The translations under genes were made by a program, and so were the position numbers. A stretch of DNA of 49,308 nucleotides from a bacterium (GTDB lineage: Bacteria; UBA8248): the NCBI GenBank assembly GCA_027622355.1, contig JAQBZT010000001.1:1-49308 (forward strand). Direction: 5' to 3'. Positions 1 through 10,286 of the stretch are shown one piece after another. The notes below the pieces were generated by a model, which saw only the letters and a program-made list of their open reading frames with translations, made no database searches and had not been told where the DNA came from. Position 1 is the stretch's first letter, and every line of letters begins with the position of its first letter.

Positions 1-1264
1 GCTCCAGCGGAAAGGCGAGGAGATAGGCGGCGGGAAGCTGGATGGCCCAGCGCACCGCGCCCTCCACGACCATGGGCGGCTTGGTGTCGGCCGCCCCCTG
101 GAAGGCGCCCGCCAGCGCCCGGCGGCCCGCCTCGAAGGGAATGCCGAAGGCGAGAATCCGCAGGCATAGGCTCCCCACTTCGGCGGCCTCTCCCTTCATC
201 CCGAAGAAGCGGACCACCTCTTCCGCGTAAAGATACATTCCCGATGCGGTCGCACCCATGATGACGGCGAGGGCGGTCATCGTGATGTGGACGCTCCGCC
301 AGGCGCGCTCGGGCCGGTTCGCGCCCACGTTCTGCCCCACCATGGTGCGAAGCGCGGCCTGGAGGCCGAAGCCCGGCATCCTCCCCATGACGGAGACCCG
401 GTTGCCGACTCCCCAGGCGGCGAGCGCCAGCGAACCGAAGGGCGCGATCATCCGCAGGAGAACGATATTGGCCCCCCGCTCGAGGAGATTCGTCGTCCCG
501 GCCGGCCAGGCGAGGGAGATAAGCCGCCGCAGCAGCTCGGGCTTGGGGCGCAGGTAGCGGGGCTGGAGAGAAAGGCGCGAGTGGCCCGTGATGATGAAGG
601 CGGCCATGACAGCGATGCCCGCCAGCCGGCCGATGCCGACGGCGGTGATCGTCCCCGCCAGGCCCAGCGCCGGAAGCGGCCCCGCGCCGAAGACGATCAG
701 CGGCATGAGGGTGACGGACAGCGCCGTCGAGGGGATCATGCCCGCGAGGGAGATGCCCGGCTCGCCGGCTCCGCGCAGAAGATGGGCAAGGGTGAAAATG
801 CCGTCCACCGAGGCGAAAACGAGAAACCCCGCCTGAAGATAAATTGCGCCGAGGCGGACGATCTCCGCATCCCGCGTCATGAGGATCATCAGATGCGGCG
901 CGAGAAGATAACCGAAAAGGGTGACCGGGATGTAGAAGATGACCGTCAGAAAGATCGCCTGGCCCGCCGCCTCGGACGCCCCTTCGGCGTCGCCCCCGCC
1001 GATGCGCTGGGCGACGAGCGCGCTGCCCGCAATGCGAATCCCCAGCCCGATTGCCCGGAGGAACATGATGAACATAAACCCGAGTGACATGGCCGCCAGG
1101 CTGTCGGGGCCGAGGCGGCCCACCCAGAAGATTTCGACGATGCCGTCGATGTTCCAGGCGATTTGCTCGCCGAAGGTGGGCACAGAAAGCCGGATGATGC
1201 CTTTCGTGATGGAATCTTTCGTGTAGTCGAACCGCGAGCGGGTTCGCGATGCGGACGTTGTCAT
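1..1264 (-). CDS. MATE family efflux transporter (N-terminal part; C-terminus runs off the window edge)
   Basis: Own minus-strand translation from ATG at 1262-1264: MTTSASRTRSRFDYTKDSITKGIIRLSVPTFGEQIAWNIDGIVEIFWVGRLGPDSLAAMSLG... It stays open to position 1, is hydrophobic/multi-TM throughout, and has a NorM/DinF-like N-terminus. It is absent from the ORF track because no stop lies in the window. The + strand ORFs here (e.g. 287..1087) are Arg/Pro-rich antisense shadows. Confidence 0.75.
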   Translation of the reverse strand, partial: MTTSASRTRSRFDYTKDSITKGIIRLSVPTFGEQIAWNIDGIVEIFWVGRLGPDSLAAMSLGFMFIMFLRAIGLGIRIAGSALVAQRIGGGDAEGASEAAGQAIFLTVIFYIPVTLFGYLLAPHLMILMTRDAEIVRLGAIYLQAGFLVFASVDGIFTLAHLLRGAGEPGISLAGMIPSTALSVTLMPLIVFGAGPLPALGLAGTITAVGIGRLAGIAVMAAFIITGHSRLSLQPRYLRPKPELLRRLISLAWPAGTTNLLERGANIVLLRMIAPFGSLALAAWGVGNRVSVMGRMPGFGLQAALRTMVGQNVGANRPERAWRSVHITMTALAVIMGATASGMYLYAEEVVRFFGMKGEAAEVGSLCLRILAFGIPFEAGRRALAGAFQGAADTKPPMVVEGAVRWAIQLPAAYLLAFPLE

Positions 1265-1342
1265 GAATCCACTATCTCATGCACCTGCCGGGAATTCTAT
1301 CGGCTGGCAAGCTTCCCCCCGCCGGGGTAGAGTACCCGGCGA

Positions 1343-2143
1343 GTGAAAATCCCGAGCCGCGAACTGGAAAAAAAGATGCGCTTATTCATCGAGAGTGTAT
1401 TGAGAGAGGCCGGCGCGCTGGCCGCGTCGCTGGCGGAAAACGCCAAGAGCGAGCGGAAGGAAGACCGGAGTCTGGTCAGCGAGGCGGATCGCGAAGTGGA
1501 GTCCCTCATCCAAAAGCGCATCCAGGAAAAATTCCCGGAGGACGCCATCATCGGAGAAGAGCTCGGCGCCGCCGGAAGCCCGGGCGGGCGTCTCTGGGCC
1601 ATCGACCCGATTGACGGGACCAATCCTTTCCTCTGGGGGCTTCCCACATGGGGTGTTTGCATCGGGGTGATGGAGGGCGGCGCGCCGCTGGCGGGCGGTG
1701 TGTTCCTGCCGCGGGCCGGAGAGCTTTTTCTCGCCGAAAAAGGGCAGGGCGCCACGCGGAACGATGCGCCGCTCTCTCCGCTGCGGCCGATTACGCTGGA
1801 CAACCAGACACCGCTTCTCGGCCCATCCTCGCGGAAGCGGTTTTACAAGTTGGACTACCCCGGCAAGGCGGTGGCCTATGGCAGCGCGGCCGCGCATATC
1901 GTCTACGCGGCGGCGGGCGGCGGCATCGCCGCGCTCGTCGACCGGCCCCGCATATGGGACATCCTCGGGCCGATGGCCGTGATGCTGGAGGTCGGGGGCG
2001 GCGCCTGCCATCCGGGGGGCACGCCGCTCGATCTCGGCGGTCTCGCGAATGGGGAAAAGGCGGAGGGACCGGTTTTTTTCGGGCACCCGGAAAACGCGGA
2101 GCAGCTTTTCCCCTGCATCGAGGTCTACCCGCGTCCCCAATAA
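1343..2143 (+). CDS. inositol monophosphatase family protein
   Basis: 266 aa. IMPase signatures EADREVE, WAIDPIDGTNPF and a C-terminal WD motif. GTG start at 1343; alternative ATG at 1376. Confidence 0.85.
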   Translation: MKIPSRELEKKMRLFIESVLREAGALAASLAENAKSERKEDRSLVSEADREVESLIQKRIQEKFPEDAIIGEELGAAGSPGGRLWAIDPIDGTNPFLWGLPTWGVCIGVMEGGAPLAGGVFLPRAGELFLAEKGQGATRNDAPLSPLRPITLDNQTPLLGPSSRKRFYKLDYPGKAVAYGSAAAHIVYAAAGGGIAALVDRPRIWDILGPMAVMLEVGGGACHPGGTPLDLGGLANGEKAEGPVFFGHPENAEQLFPCIEVYPRPQ

Positions 2144-2170
2144 AAAAGGCCGGCGGAGAGCCGGCCTTTT
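2142..2170. terminator. bidirectional rho-independent terminator
   Basis: A6-GGCCGGC-GGAGA-GCCGGCC-T4 hairpin between convergent genes ending at 2143 (+) and 2189 (-). Confidence 0.65.
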
Positions 2171-2188
2171 CACGGAAAATTCCGTTTC

Positions 2189-2455
2189 TCAGTTTTTCCG
2201 GGTGTAGCCTTTTCCTTCCATGCATTTCACGTATTTCTCGCTCCCCTCAAGACTCAGGAGCTCGACGCCTACGAACGGATTGGGGCTGAAATCAAAAGGC
2301 TCCTGATACTCGAGCCCGCTTTGTTTTGAGCAGGCCGCCACATCCTTCACGAACTGATCCTGGCTGCCGCGGAATTTCACCCAAACCGTCGCTCCGCAAC
2401 CCGAAACAAAAATGCTCATCACCAACAACAACTTCAGCGCGGCAATTTTCCGCAT
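2189..2455 (-). CDS. small lipoprotein, unknown function
   Basis: 88 aa. N-terminal signal peptide with lipobox (MRKIAALKLLLVMSIFVSG-C). ATG at 2453-2455. Confidence 0.6.
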   Translation of the reverse strand: MRKIAALKLLLVMSIFVSGCGATVWVKFRGSQDQFVKDVAACSKQSGLEYQEPFDFSPNPFVGVELLSLEGSEKYVKCMEGKGYTRKN

Positions 2456-2575
2456 GGGGCATTCTCCCTTCCCTTGTGAAATATCCCTATCGCGAGGGGG
2501 TCTTCAGCGGCTGATCCTCCAACCGGATTTAACCATTGAACCGGCCAAAAAACAATTGGATTCAGAGAAACCCTT

Positions 2576-3088
2576 TTATTCTTTCGGCACCCACAAATAC
2601 CGCTCTGCCGCCGCTTCATATCCATACCATCCCCCCGGTTCGCTCCGGGCACCGGATATCTCCCTTCGCCGAATTTCGATGCGCACATTCACGCCCTTTG
2701 TCCCTGCCTGCCTGAGAAGTCCGGCAGTCAGGCGGGCAGCACTCTGGCCGCGGAGTTTCCATTTTTTCTCGCTTTTTTCCGACCAGGGAAGCGTTATCGA
2801 AAACTCGAGCTTTCTTTGGGTGGCCAGGGTGACCTGCGTCTTGGCCCCGCTGACGTGCCGCGCGGCATCCAGGTAAATTTTCACGAGCCGTCCGACACCC
2901 GACACCGCCTCGCGGGGCGGAAGGCCCCGCAGCACTTTCGCCTTCTCCATCAATTCGGCCCGAACCCCGGCGGCCCGGAAGAGAACCGGCTGCGCCCACC
3001 ACAGGGAAATACCCGCAATGGCGGTCAGTGTGCCGAGAAACACCCATACGAACAGGTCGTTTCTTTTTTTCCTGTCAGGTCCGGTCAT
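2576..3088 (-). CDS. hypothetical membrane-anchored protein
   Basis: 170 aa with a single N-terminal TM helix (LFVWVFLGTLTAIAGISLWWA). ATG at 3086-3088, 10 nt downstream of the stop of the preceding minus-strand gene. No recognisable domain. Confidence 0.45.
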   Translation of the reverse strand: MTGPDRKKRNDLFVWVFLGTLTAIAGISLWWAQPVLFRAAGVRAELMEKAKVLRGLPPREAVSGVGRLVKIYLDAARHVSGAKTQVTLATQRKLEFSITLPWSEKSEKKWKLRGQSAARLTAGLLRQAGTKGVNVRIEIRRREISGARSEPGGWYGYEAAAERYLWVPKE

Positions 3089-3097
3089 GGATTGCGC

Positions 3098-3781
3098 CTA
3101 ACGAATCGGGTAAGCCGGAGCGTACCCGCCCTCCGGCGCTTCCGGGCAGGCGGGCGGGAGCCCCATCGCCTCTTTGTGCATCCGGATGGAGCGGAGATGG
3201 ATCAGATCGTCCCAAAGCGCATGGCGAAGGGTCGCCAGCGGGGAAAGCAGAAAGTGGCCGGGCCGATCCGGATCGGCCTCGACGCCGTCGGGATGGCACC
3301 GCGCGTTCCGCGACCACAGATCGAGTGTCGGCTCATCGGTCACGCCGACGCGGGCATCTTCCGGAAAAATGAACAACAGGCACGGCGCCTGGACATCCTC
3401 TTCCGACATGCGATCAGCCCGCTCCGCCGCCGCGCCGCAGGCCTCCTCCAGCCTGTCGAGAAGCCAGCCGGGATCACCGTAGCGTTCCGCCGAAAAGCGC
3501 CGATCATCCTTCGGGGTGTTGATGAACGACCCGAACTGGCTCATGTCCACCGGCCGCCAGGGAAGCGCGGTCGCTCCGTAGAGAACCATGAACCAGCGGT
3601 TGGTGATGTAGGACATGTGGCTGAGCTGGTAGCGCACCGGCCAGAGGGCCCATTCCCCGGAGCCGGTCCGATCAAGTTGATCGTTCTTCAGCCCGGCGAT
3701 CTCCTTCCGCGTCCACCCGGCCAGGCGGCGATAGACTTCCGCTACCTCCGGCGCCGCCACGGGATAATTTTTCCCGGTCAT
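3098..3781 (-). CDS. conserved hypothetical protein (possibly DinB-like helical bundle); paralog of 7310..7984
   Basis: Track ORF 3098..3967 trimmed to ATG at 3779-3781 (MTGKNYPVAAPE...), preceded by GAGGAAG and lying just after the HAD gene stop at 3789. It shares motifs with the 7310..7984 product (W-x-W...MRHM/LSHM...; ALRHALWDDLIHLRSI vs ALRQIHWEILAHTRTI). Confidence 0.55.
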   Translation of the reverse strand: MTGKNYPVAAPEVAEVYRRLAGWTRKEIAGLKNDQLDRTGSGEWALWPVRYQLSHMSYITNRWFMVLYGATALPWRPVDMSQFGSFINTPKDDRRFSAERYGDPGWLLDRLEEACGAAAERADRMSEEDVQAPCLLFIFPEDARVGVTDEPTLDLWSRNARCHPDGVEADPDRPGHFLLSPLATLRHALWDDLIHLRSIRMHKEAMGLPPACPEAPEGGYAPAYPIR

Positions 3782-3788
3782 TGCTTCC

Positions 3789-4520
3789 TCAAGCAAGCTT
3801 CGGCGGCGGGGGCTCGCCCGCACCGTTTTTGAGACAATCCCAAACGCCTTCACCGTCCAGCTCGGAAAAGAGATGATCGGGCGCCGCGCCGGAAAGCCTC
3901 TCCAGGGAATCGCCGCCGGTGGCGACCGCAATCGTCCGTGCGCCGGCGGCCTTTCCGGCCTCGACATCCCGCCAGGTATCGCCGACCACCCAGCGGACGA
4001 TCTCCGCCTTCGGGTCCCGCTCCCGGATACGCTCCTCTCCCCGGCAAAACCCTGCTTCGATCAAATCGGCCCGCAAAGAAGCATCCGAGGCAAAACCCCC
4101 AAAGGGGAAATAACGGTTCAGGCCTCCCCTTTCGAGCTTGATCCGGGCGCCCTCCTCGATGTTTCCGGTCCCCAGGCCGAGCAAAACCCCGGCCCGGCCG
4201 GAGAGAAAGTCCAACGCGTCCGGGATGCCGGGCATGAGGCGAAACCCCTTCGATTGGGCCACCTCCTGCGGCAGGTACTCCAGGTAGCGGCGCAGAATCT
4301 CCGCCACCTCCGCCGCCGAACCCTCCCGGTCCAGGTGGGCCTGGAACATTTCCTGGCAGATGGCAGGGTCAGTTTTTCCGTGCGGGCCGATTCCGGCCAT
4401 GGCGTTCGGAACGCCGTAGAGCGCGGCGAAAGCCGCGTCCAGGGCGCGGGCGCCCGACCCGCCGCTGAGCAGCAGGGTGCCGTCAATGTCGAAGAGAATC
4501 AGATGGTGTTGTGACGGCAT
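3789..4520 (-). CDS. HAD family hydrolase (phosphoglycolate-phosphatase-like)
   Basis: Trimmed to ATG at 4518-4520 (MPSQHHLILFDIDGTLLLSGG...). HAD motif I DxDGT and motif IV VGDTWRD. Confidence 0.8.
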   Translation of the reverse strand: MPSQHHLILFDIDGTLLLSGGSGARALDAAFAALYGVPNAMAGIGPHGKTDPAICQEMFQAHLDREGSAAEVAEILRRYLEYLPQEVAQSKGFRLMPGIPDALDFLSGRAGVLLGLGTGNIEEGARIKLERGGLNRYFPFGGFASDASLRADLIEAGFCRGEERIRERDPKAEIVRWVVGDTWRDVEAGKAAGARTIAVATGGDSLERLSGAAPDHLFSELDGEGVWDCLKNGAGEPPPPKLA

Positions 4521-4814
4521 GGGCTCTCCTGATCCGGGGATGGCCGGGAACGGCCGCCGGTGAATGATATACCATCCCCCATTCTGCATACAGGATCGCC
4601 GCCCTTCCCCCTTCCGGCCCACAGCCGAAAGCCAGGCGCCGGGGGCACCGCCAGGTGTCCGGAGATACGAAATATGGCCGCTCCCGCGCGCATTGTCCCC
4701 GGAAATATTGTGCTAGTATTTTGCTGATCCGGTTGTTTGAAAATCGCTTCGTCCAACCTGGAACAGGAGGTGCCACCTCCTCCGCGCTTCCATACGATCC
4801 TAAGGAGAAAAACA

Positions 4815-5282
4815 ATGCTGAATAAATTCATCGGGCTGGCGCTGACGGCCGCATTTCTCGTTACCGGGATTCTGGTTTTTCCGGCTCAGGCCGCCCAACG
4901 GGATTTCCACATCCTGGCGGTAGAGCCCAAGGGAACCACCTCCGCCACCTCTGAGCCCTTTCCCTCTTCTCCCCTTCCGGGTGGCGGGGGCTATGTTCTG
5001 AAGGAACCGGGCAAAGACAAGAAGTGGCAGGTGTCGAGCTACGTGTTCCTGCCCCAGCAGATCATCGTCCGCAAGGGAGACGACGTGATTCTGCGCTTCA
5101 CCGGGATCAACGGCAAACTCCATACGATTCACATCGATCACTATTCGAAGAAGGCCGTGAAGCTCACCCGGGGCCAGATGCGAAGCGTGCGCTTCAAGGC
5201 GGACAAGGCCGGGGTGTTCCCTATCAAATGCACCGAACATCTTCCCTCGATGAGAGGAGAGCTGATCGTTCTCGGCAACTAG
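4815..5282 (+). CDS. secreted cupredoxin-domain (type-1 copper-like) protein
   Basis: Trimmed to ATG 4815 after AAGGAG. Signal peptide MLNKFIGLALTAAFLVTGILVFPAQA. C-terminal ligand pattern H...C-TE-H-LPS-M typical of blue-copper sites. Confidence 0.7.
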   Translation: MLNKFIGLALTAAFLVTGILVFPAQAAQRDFHILAVEPKGTTSATSEPFPSSPLPGGGGYVLKEPGKDKKWQVSSYVFLPQQIIVRKGDDVILRFTGINGKLHTIHIDHYSKKAVKLTRGQMRSVRFKADKAGVFPIKCTEHLPSMRGELIVLGN

Positions 5283-5301
5283 CGCCAGCGGCGATCCCGC
5301 T

Positions 5302-5333
5302 ACGCCCCCGCCGGACGGCGGGGGCGTTTTTTT
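5302..5333 (+). terminator. rho-independent terminator
   Basis: ACGCCCCCGCC-GGAC-GGCGGGGGCG followed by T7, 20 nt after the cupredoxin stop. Confidence 0.7.
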
Positions 5334-5449
5334 CGACGATGGACACCCGCTTCCCGGGGTGCCCCGCCGCCGGCAAAACGGCAATTGAGACATCTCATCG
5401 ATCACGGTATAGAATTTCACAATGTCTTGTCCGCAACCATGAGGCCGGA

Positions 5450-6154
5450 ATGAAACAAAAGCGGATCGCCGTCGTCACCGGCGGAAACAGAGGACTTGGC
5501 TACGGAATCTGCCGGCGGCTGGCGCGGGAGGGCCTGAAAGTCGTTCTCGCCGCGCGCGATCGGCAACGCGGCGAGGACGCCGCCGGAAAGCTTCAGGCGG
5601 CGGGGCTGGATGTCGTTTTTCACCCGTTGGATGTGACCGACGCAAAAAGCATCCAGGCGCTCGCCGTATCGCTCGACAAGGAATACACGGGCCCCGATAT
5701 TCTGATCAACAACGCAGCCATCCTGAACGACCGCTCGGATCTGGGCATCACGGTCAGCATGGACAAGGTCCGCGAAACCATCGAGACGAATTTGATCGGC
5801 CCGCTCCGCCTCTGCCAGGCGGTGATCCCCTCCATGAAGCGGAGAAACTATGGCCGCATCATCAATATCTCGAGCTGGTTCGGCTCGCTCGAGGGAATGG
5901 GAGGGGGGTATCCCGGCTACCGGATCTCCAAAACCTGTCTGAATGCCATGACGAAAATCCTGGCCGCCGAGCTTCGAGGCTCCAACATTCAGGTGAACGC
6001 CATGTGTCCGGGGTGGGTGCGCACCGACATGGGCGGCGCTTCGGCCCCGCATACGCCGGATGAGGCCGCGGACACCGCGGCGTGGCTCGCGCTTCAAAAA
6101 GACAACGGGCCAACGGGCGGTTTCTTTCAGGATCGAAAACCCTACGCCTGGTAG
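5450..6154 (+). CDS. SDR family oxidoreductase (carbonyl-reductase-like), paralog A
   Basis: Trimmed to ATG 5450 (MKQKRIAVVTGGNRGLGYGI...). TGGxxGxG NAD(P) motif, NNAA, YRISK (YxxxK). Confidence 0.85.
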   Translation: MKQKRIAVVTGGNRGLGYGICRRLAREGLKVVLAARDRQRGEDAAGKLQAAGLDVVFHPLDVTDAKSIQALAVSLDKEYTGPDILINNAAILNDRSDLGITVSMDKVRETIETNLIGPLRLCQAVIPSMKRRNYGRIINISSWFGSLEGMGGGYPGYRISKTCLNAMTKILAAELRGSNIQVNAMCPGWVRTDMGGASAPHTPDEAADTAAWLALQKDNGPTGGFFQDRKPYAW

Positions 6155-6169
6155 TGGGAGGCCCCGGAA

Positions 6170-6541
6170 ATGACGGCTAAGAAAAACGCCATCGAAGACA
6201 ATGCGCTGGCCGGATTCGTTCTTGACCAGCTCTGCGAGATCCCCGATCTCGAAATCCGCCGCATGTTCGGAGGGCACGGTCTCTATTCGGGCGATACGTT
6301 CTTCGCCATTCTCCACAAGGAGTGTCTTTTTTTCAAAACCCATGAAAAAACGCGCCCCCGATACGAAGCCTGCGGCATGAAACCCTTCCGGCCGAGCGCG
6401 CGGCAGACACTCCGGACCTACTACGAAGTCCCGGTGGACATCCTGGAGGACGATGTGCGGCTCGCCGAGTGGGCCAGGGAGGCCATCGCCTGCCAGATAA
6501 AAGCACAGGCCGAAAAGCCGCGGGCGCGCAGGAGGAAATGA
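6170..6541 (+). CDS. TfoX/Sxy N-terminal-domain protein
   Basis: 123 aa. The RRMFGGHGLYSGDTFFAI motif is characteristic of the TfoX_N domain. Its stop overlaps the next ATG. Confidence 0.7.
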   Translation: MTAKKNAIEDNALAGFVLDQLCEIPDLEIRRMFGGHGLYSGDTFFAILHKECLFFKTHEKTRPRYEACGMKPFRPSARQTLRTYYEVPVDILEDDVRLAEWAREAIACQIKAQAEKPRARRRK

Positions 6542-7275
6542 TGGGCCTTCTCTCCCGGCGCAAAAACGCCAGTGAGGACTCTCCCGTCGCCCTGGTCACG
6601 GGCGGAAACCGCGGAATCGGCCTTGAGATCTGCCGCCAGCTCGGCCGCAGGGGCGTCCGGGTCGTTTTGGGCGCGCGCGATCCCATCAAGGGAAAGAACG
6701 CCGAGCGCGCGCTCGTGAAGGAAGGGATGCACGTCGTCTCCTACCCGCTCGATGTGACGGAACCGGACAATATCCGCCGGGCGGCCCTGTTCGTCGAAAG
6801 CGAATTTGGCCGCCTGGACATTCTGATCAACAATGCGGGAATTCTCATTGACCGGACCAAGAACGGGACGAACGTCAGCGTAGATCTGCTTCGGGAAACA
6901 TTGGAGTCCAACGTATACGGCCCTTTGCTTTTGTGCCAAGCTTTTGTGCCGCTCCTGAAGAAGAGCCGGGAGGGAAAAATCGTCAACCTCGCGAGCGGAC
7001 AGGGTATCTTCTCGCAAATGGACGGCGGCCAACCGGCCTACCGGATTTCGAAGGCGGGAATCAACGCGGTGACTTGTATTCTGGCGGATGAACTTCGGGA
7101 AGCAGGCATTCGCGTCAATTCCGCGAATCCGGGCTGGACGCGCACGGACATAGCTGGCTCCCATGCCTCGCTGTCCGTCGAAGAGGGGGCGGACACCATC
7201 GTTTGGCTGGCGCTTCACCCGGAAGGCGGGCCGACGGGGAAATTTTTCGAGAAAAGAAAACCGAGAGACTGGTAG
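6538..7275 (+). CDS. SDR family oxidoreductase, paralog B
   Basis: Trimmed to ATGATG at 6538 after GGAGGA. VALVTGGNRGIGLEI, NNAG, YRISK. Collinear similarity with the 5450..6154 product, including the C-terminal GPTGxFFxxRKP..W. Confidence 0.85.
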   Translation: MMGLLSRRKNASEDSPVALVTGGNRGIGLEICRQLGRRGVRVVLGARDPIKGKNAERALVKEGMHVVSYPLDVTEPDNIRRAALFVESEFGRLDILINNAGILIDRTKNGTNVSVDLLRETLESNVYGPLLLCQAFVPLLKKSREGKIVNLASGQGIFSQMDGGQPAYRISKAGINAVTCILADELREAGIRVNSANPGWTRTDIAGSHASLSVEEGADTIVWLALHPEGGPTGKFFEKRKPRDW

Positions 7276-7309
7276 GCGCGTTTTCTCTTCGCTGCGAAAA
7301 GGACGTGAC

Positions 7310-7984
7310 ATGAGCCAGGAAATGGCGGATGAGATTCCGGTTTTGCTCATCGGCCTCGCCGCTGATCCCGATATCGTCGCCAAGGAGATCGAAAATGTTT
7401 CCGGCGAGGATTTCACATACTCGCAGGACGAGCCCGGCTGGGCGCGCTGGTCAATCGAAACCCAGATGCGCCACATGGCGAACGTTCCCTGTCATTGGCT
7501 GATCAATCAATTTGGGGATTCGCTTCGCGACAAAAGATACGATCTTCCCGATGTGGACATGAAGGCCATTTCGAAGGCGGAAAGACAAATTCCCGAATCG
7601 GTGTGCCCGGATGCGGATTCGCTTATCGCCTTCATGCGTCCTTTTTTCGATCTGGGGGTCGAGATTCTCATGCGGGAAACTCCCGGGAGCCTTCGTGAAA
7701 TCACCTGTCTCCGCAAGGTAGACCCGAACCTCTCCCGGGGGGTTCCGCCCGAAAAGCCGGTTGATTTCTGGAGAATGGCGTCCTCCCTTCATCCGATCGG
7801 GGTCCGGGAAGACGCGGCCCGGGGCGGCTTTGTGATCGAGCTGGGCGCGGCCCTCAGACAGATACACTGGGAAATCCTGGCGCACACCCGGACCATTCAA
7901 CGCATCAAAAACATTCTGAAGCTCCCGATTCTCTCCGAGCTTCCGCGCGAGGGATATCTTACGATGGACCGGTTCTACGATTAG
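7310..7984 (+). CDS. conserved hypothetical protein (possibly DinB-like); paralog of 3098..3781
   Basis: Trimmed to ATG 7310 (MSQEMADEIPVLL...). Similar length and shared motifs with the 3098..3781 product. Confidence 0.55.
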   Translation: MSQEMADEIPVLLIGLAADPDIVAKEIENVSGEDFTYSQDEPGWARWSIETQMRHMANVPCHWLINQFGDSLRDKRYDLPDVDMKAISKAERQIPESVCPDADSLIAFMRPFFDLGVEILMRETPGSLREITCLRKVDPNLSRGVPPEKPVDFWRMASSLHPIGVREDAARGGFVIELGAALRQIHWEILAHTRTIQRIKNILKLPILSELPREGYLTMDRFYD

Positions 7985-8017
7985 GCGCGCTCCGCTCCCG
8001 ACGACAAGGATGGTTTC

Positions 8018-9052
8018 TTGAGTCAGCCCCTGTTGCCCGGCTATCGCTTTCGCAGTTTTCTGCAATTCGCCCTCGGCCTTGCCGTTTGTATCTTTTTTCT
8101 CTGGCTCGCTTTCCGAAAAGCGCCTGTCGCCAAGATCATCGCGATTCTCGGAGAGGCACACTTCTGGCCCGTCGCCGCGGCCATCGCCCTACAGATGACC
8201 GCGCATCTTTTTCGCTCCCTTCGCTGGAAAATCATCCTGGACGGTTCGGGGAGAGTCCTCCGCGTTCATACGCTGTTTGCCGCGACGCTTGTTGGTTACG
8301 CTGTCAACGTTTTCGTCCCACGGGGCGGGGAAATTGCCCGGACGTTTTTTCTTCGCCGCATCAGCCGGACCCCCCTTTCGGCCGGCCTCAGCTCGGTCCT
8401 GGCCGAGCGCCTGCTCGATGTCGTCTCCCTGGTGCTTCTTTTCTTTCTCGGCACCATTTTCTACCGGACGGAGATCTACCGCCTCTTTCCGAATGCCTAC
8501 GAAGGCGTCCTTTTTCTTTCCATCGGCTCCGTCCTCGGACTTTTCCTGCTCTGGCTGCTCGTGCGCTTTCCGCGGGCGGCGCGGGACCGGCTCGGCTTTC
8601 TCTTGCGGCTCCTCTCCGATGCAAAGAGAGAAAAAATCATCTCCGCCGGGAGGAATTTCATCGGCGGGATCGGGGGCATCTTCCGAAAAAAAAACGCGGC
8701 GGGAATCCTTCTCTCCTCGGTTCTCGTCTGGCTTTTCTACATCTTCGCCAACTGGATACTGTTCGCGGCGATACCCTTCGAGAGCGAATTCCGTATCGGC
8801 TGGGGGCCTGCCATGCTGACCACGCTGGTTCTGGCCATTTCCTTCGCCATTCCCTCCCCGGGCGGAACCGGCACCACCCATTATTTCATCAGCGCCCTCC
8901 TCATCAGCATTTTGCCCGTCTCCGGGAGCGAGGCACTCGCCTTCGCCACCCTTTTGCACGCCACGAGCTTCATTCCCTCTCTTCTCGCCGGAATTCTTTA
9001 CGCCACTTTCATGCGGCCGGACGCGGACAATCCGGACGTATTGGTCCTGTAA
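8018..9052 (+). CDS. flippase-like / lysylphosphatidylglycerol-synthase TM-domain family membrane protein
   Basis: 344 aa, about 8 TM segments. N-terminal pattern ...HFWPVAAAIALQMTAHLFRSLRWKIIL typical of the UPF0104/LPG_synthase_TM family. TTG start at 8018. Confidence 0.6.
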   Translation: MSQPLLPGYRFRSFLQFALGLAVCIFFLWLAFRKAPVAKIIAILGEAHFWPVAAAIALQMTAHLFRSLRWKIILDGSGRVLRVHTLFAATLVGYAVNVFVPRGGEIARTFFLRRISRTPLSAGLSSVLAERLLDVVSLVLLFFLGTIFYRTEIYRLFPNAYEGVLFLSIGSVLGLFLLWLLVRFPRAARDRLGFLLRLLSDAKREKIISAGRNFIGGIGGIFRKKNAAGILLSSVLVWLFYIFANWILFAAIPFESEFRIGWGPAMLTTLVLAISFAIPSPGGTGTTHYFISALLISILPVSGSEALAFATLLHATSFIPSLLAGILYATFMRPDADNPDVLVL

Positions 9053-9144
9053 CTGCCGCAGCAGCCTCTTGGTGTTTTCACATCGTTGATGTAAATTTCC
9101 CCGTTGTTTCAAAAATATTCCTTCCCCTTTCCGGGAGATCTGCA

Positions 9145-9993
<849 letters not shown>

Positions 9994-10020
9994 GGTTCAA
10001 GGCATACGCTTCAAAAACAT

Positions 10021-10067
10021 CCCGGCGGCGCGGTTTCCCATCGAGAGACCGCGCCGCTGGTTTTTTT
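10021..10067 (+). terminator. rho-independent terminator
   Basis: CCGGCGGCGCGGT...ACCGCGCCGCTGG stem (one mismatch) followed by T7, downstream of the rhodanese gene. Confidence 0.65.
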
Positions 10068-10286
10068 GTTCAGTTTTTTTTCCGGAAGTGTGGGCATAAT
10101 CTCACCCGGCCTGGAAGGCTTCCATCTCACCGGTAGCGGGATCGTATTTCAGGCGAGGAAACTGGGCGAGAGCGCTGCCATGGGCAGGAATGCCGATTAC
10201 CGCCCATCGGATGCGCAGCTCACGCGGTGAACATCCTGATTCCGCCGCGCAGCAGGTGAACCCATTCCCCGGCGCCGCGTGCGGCC

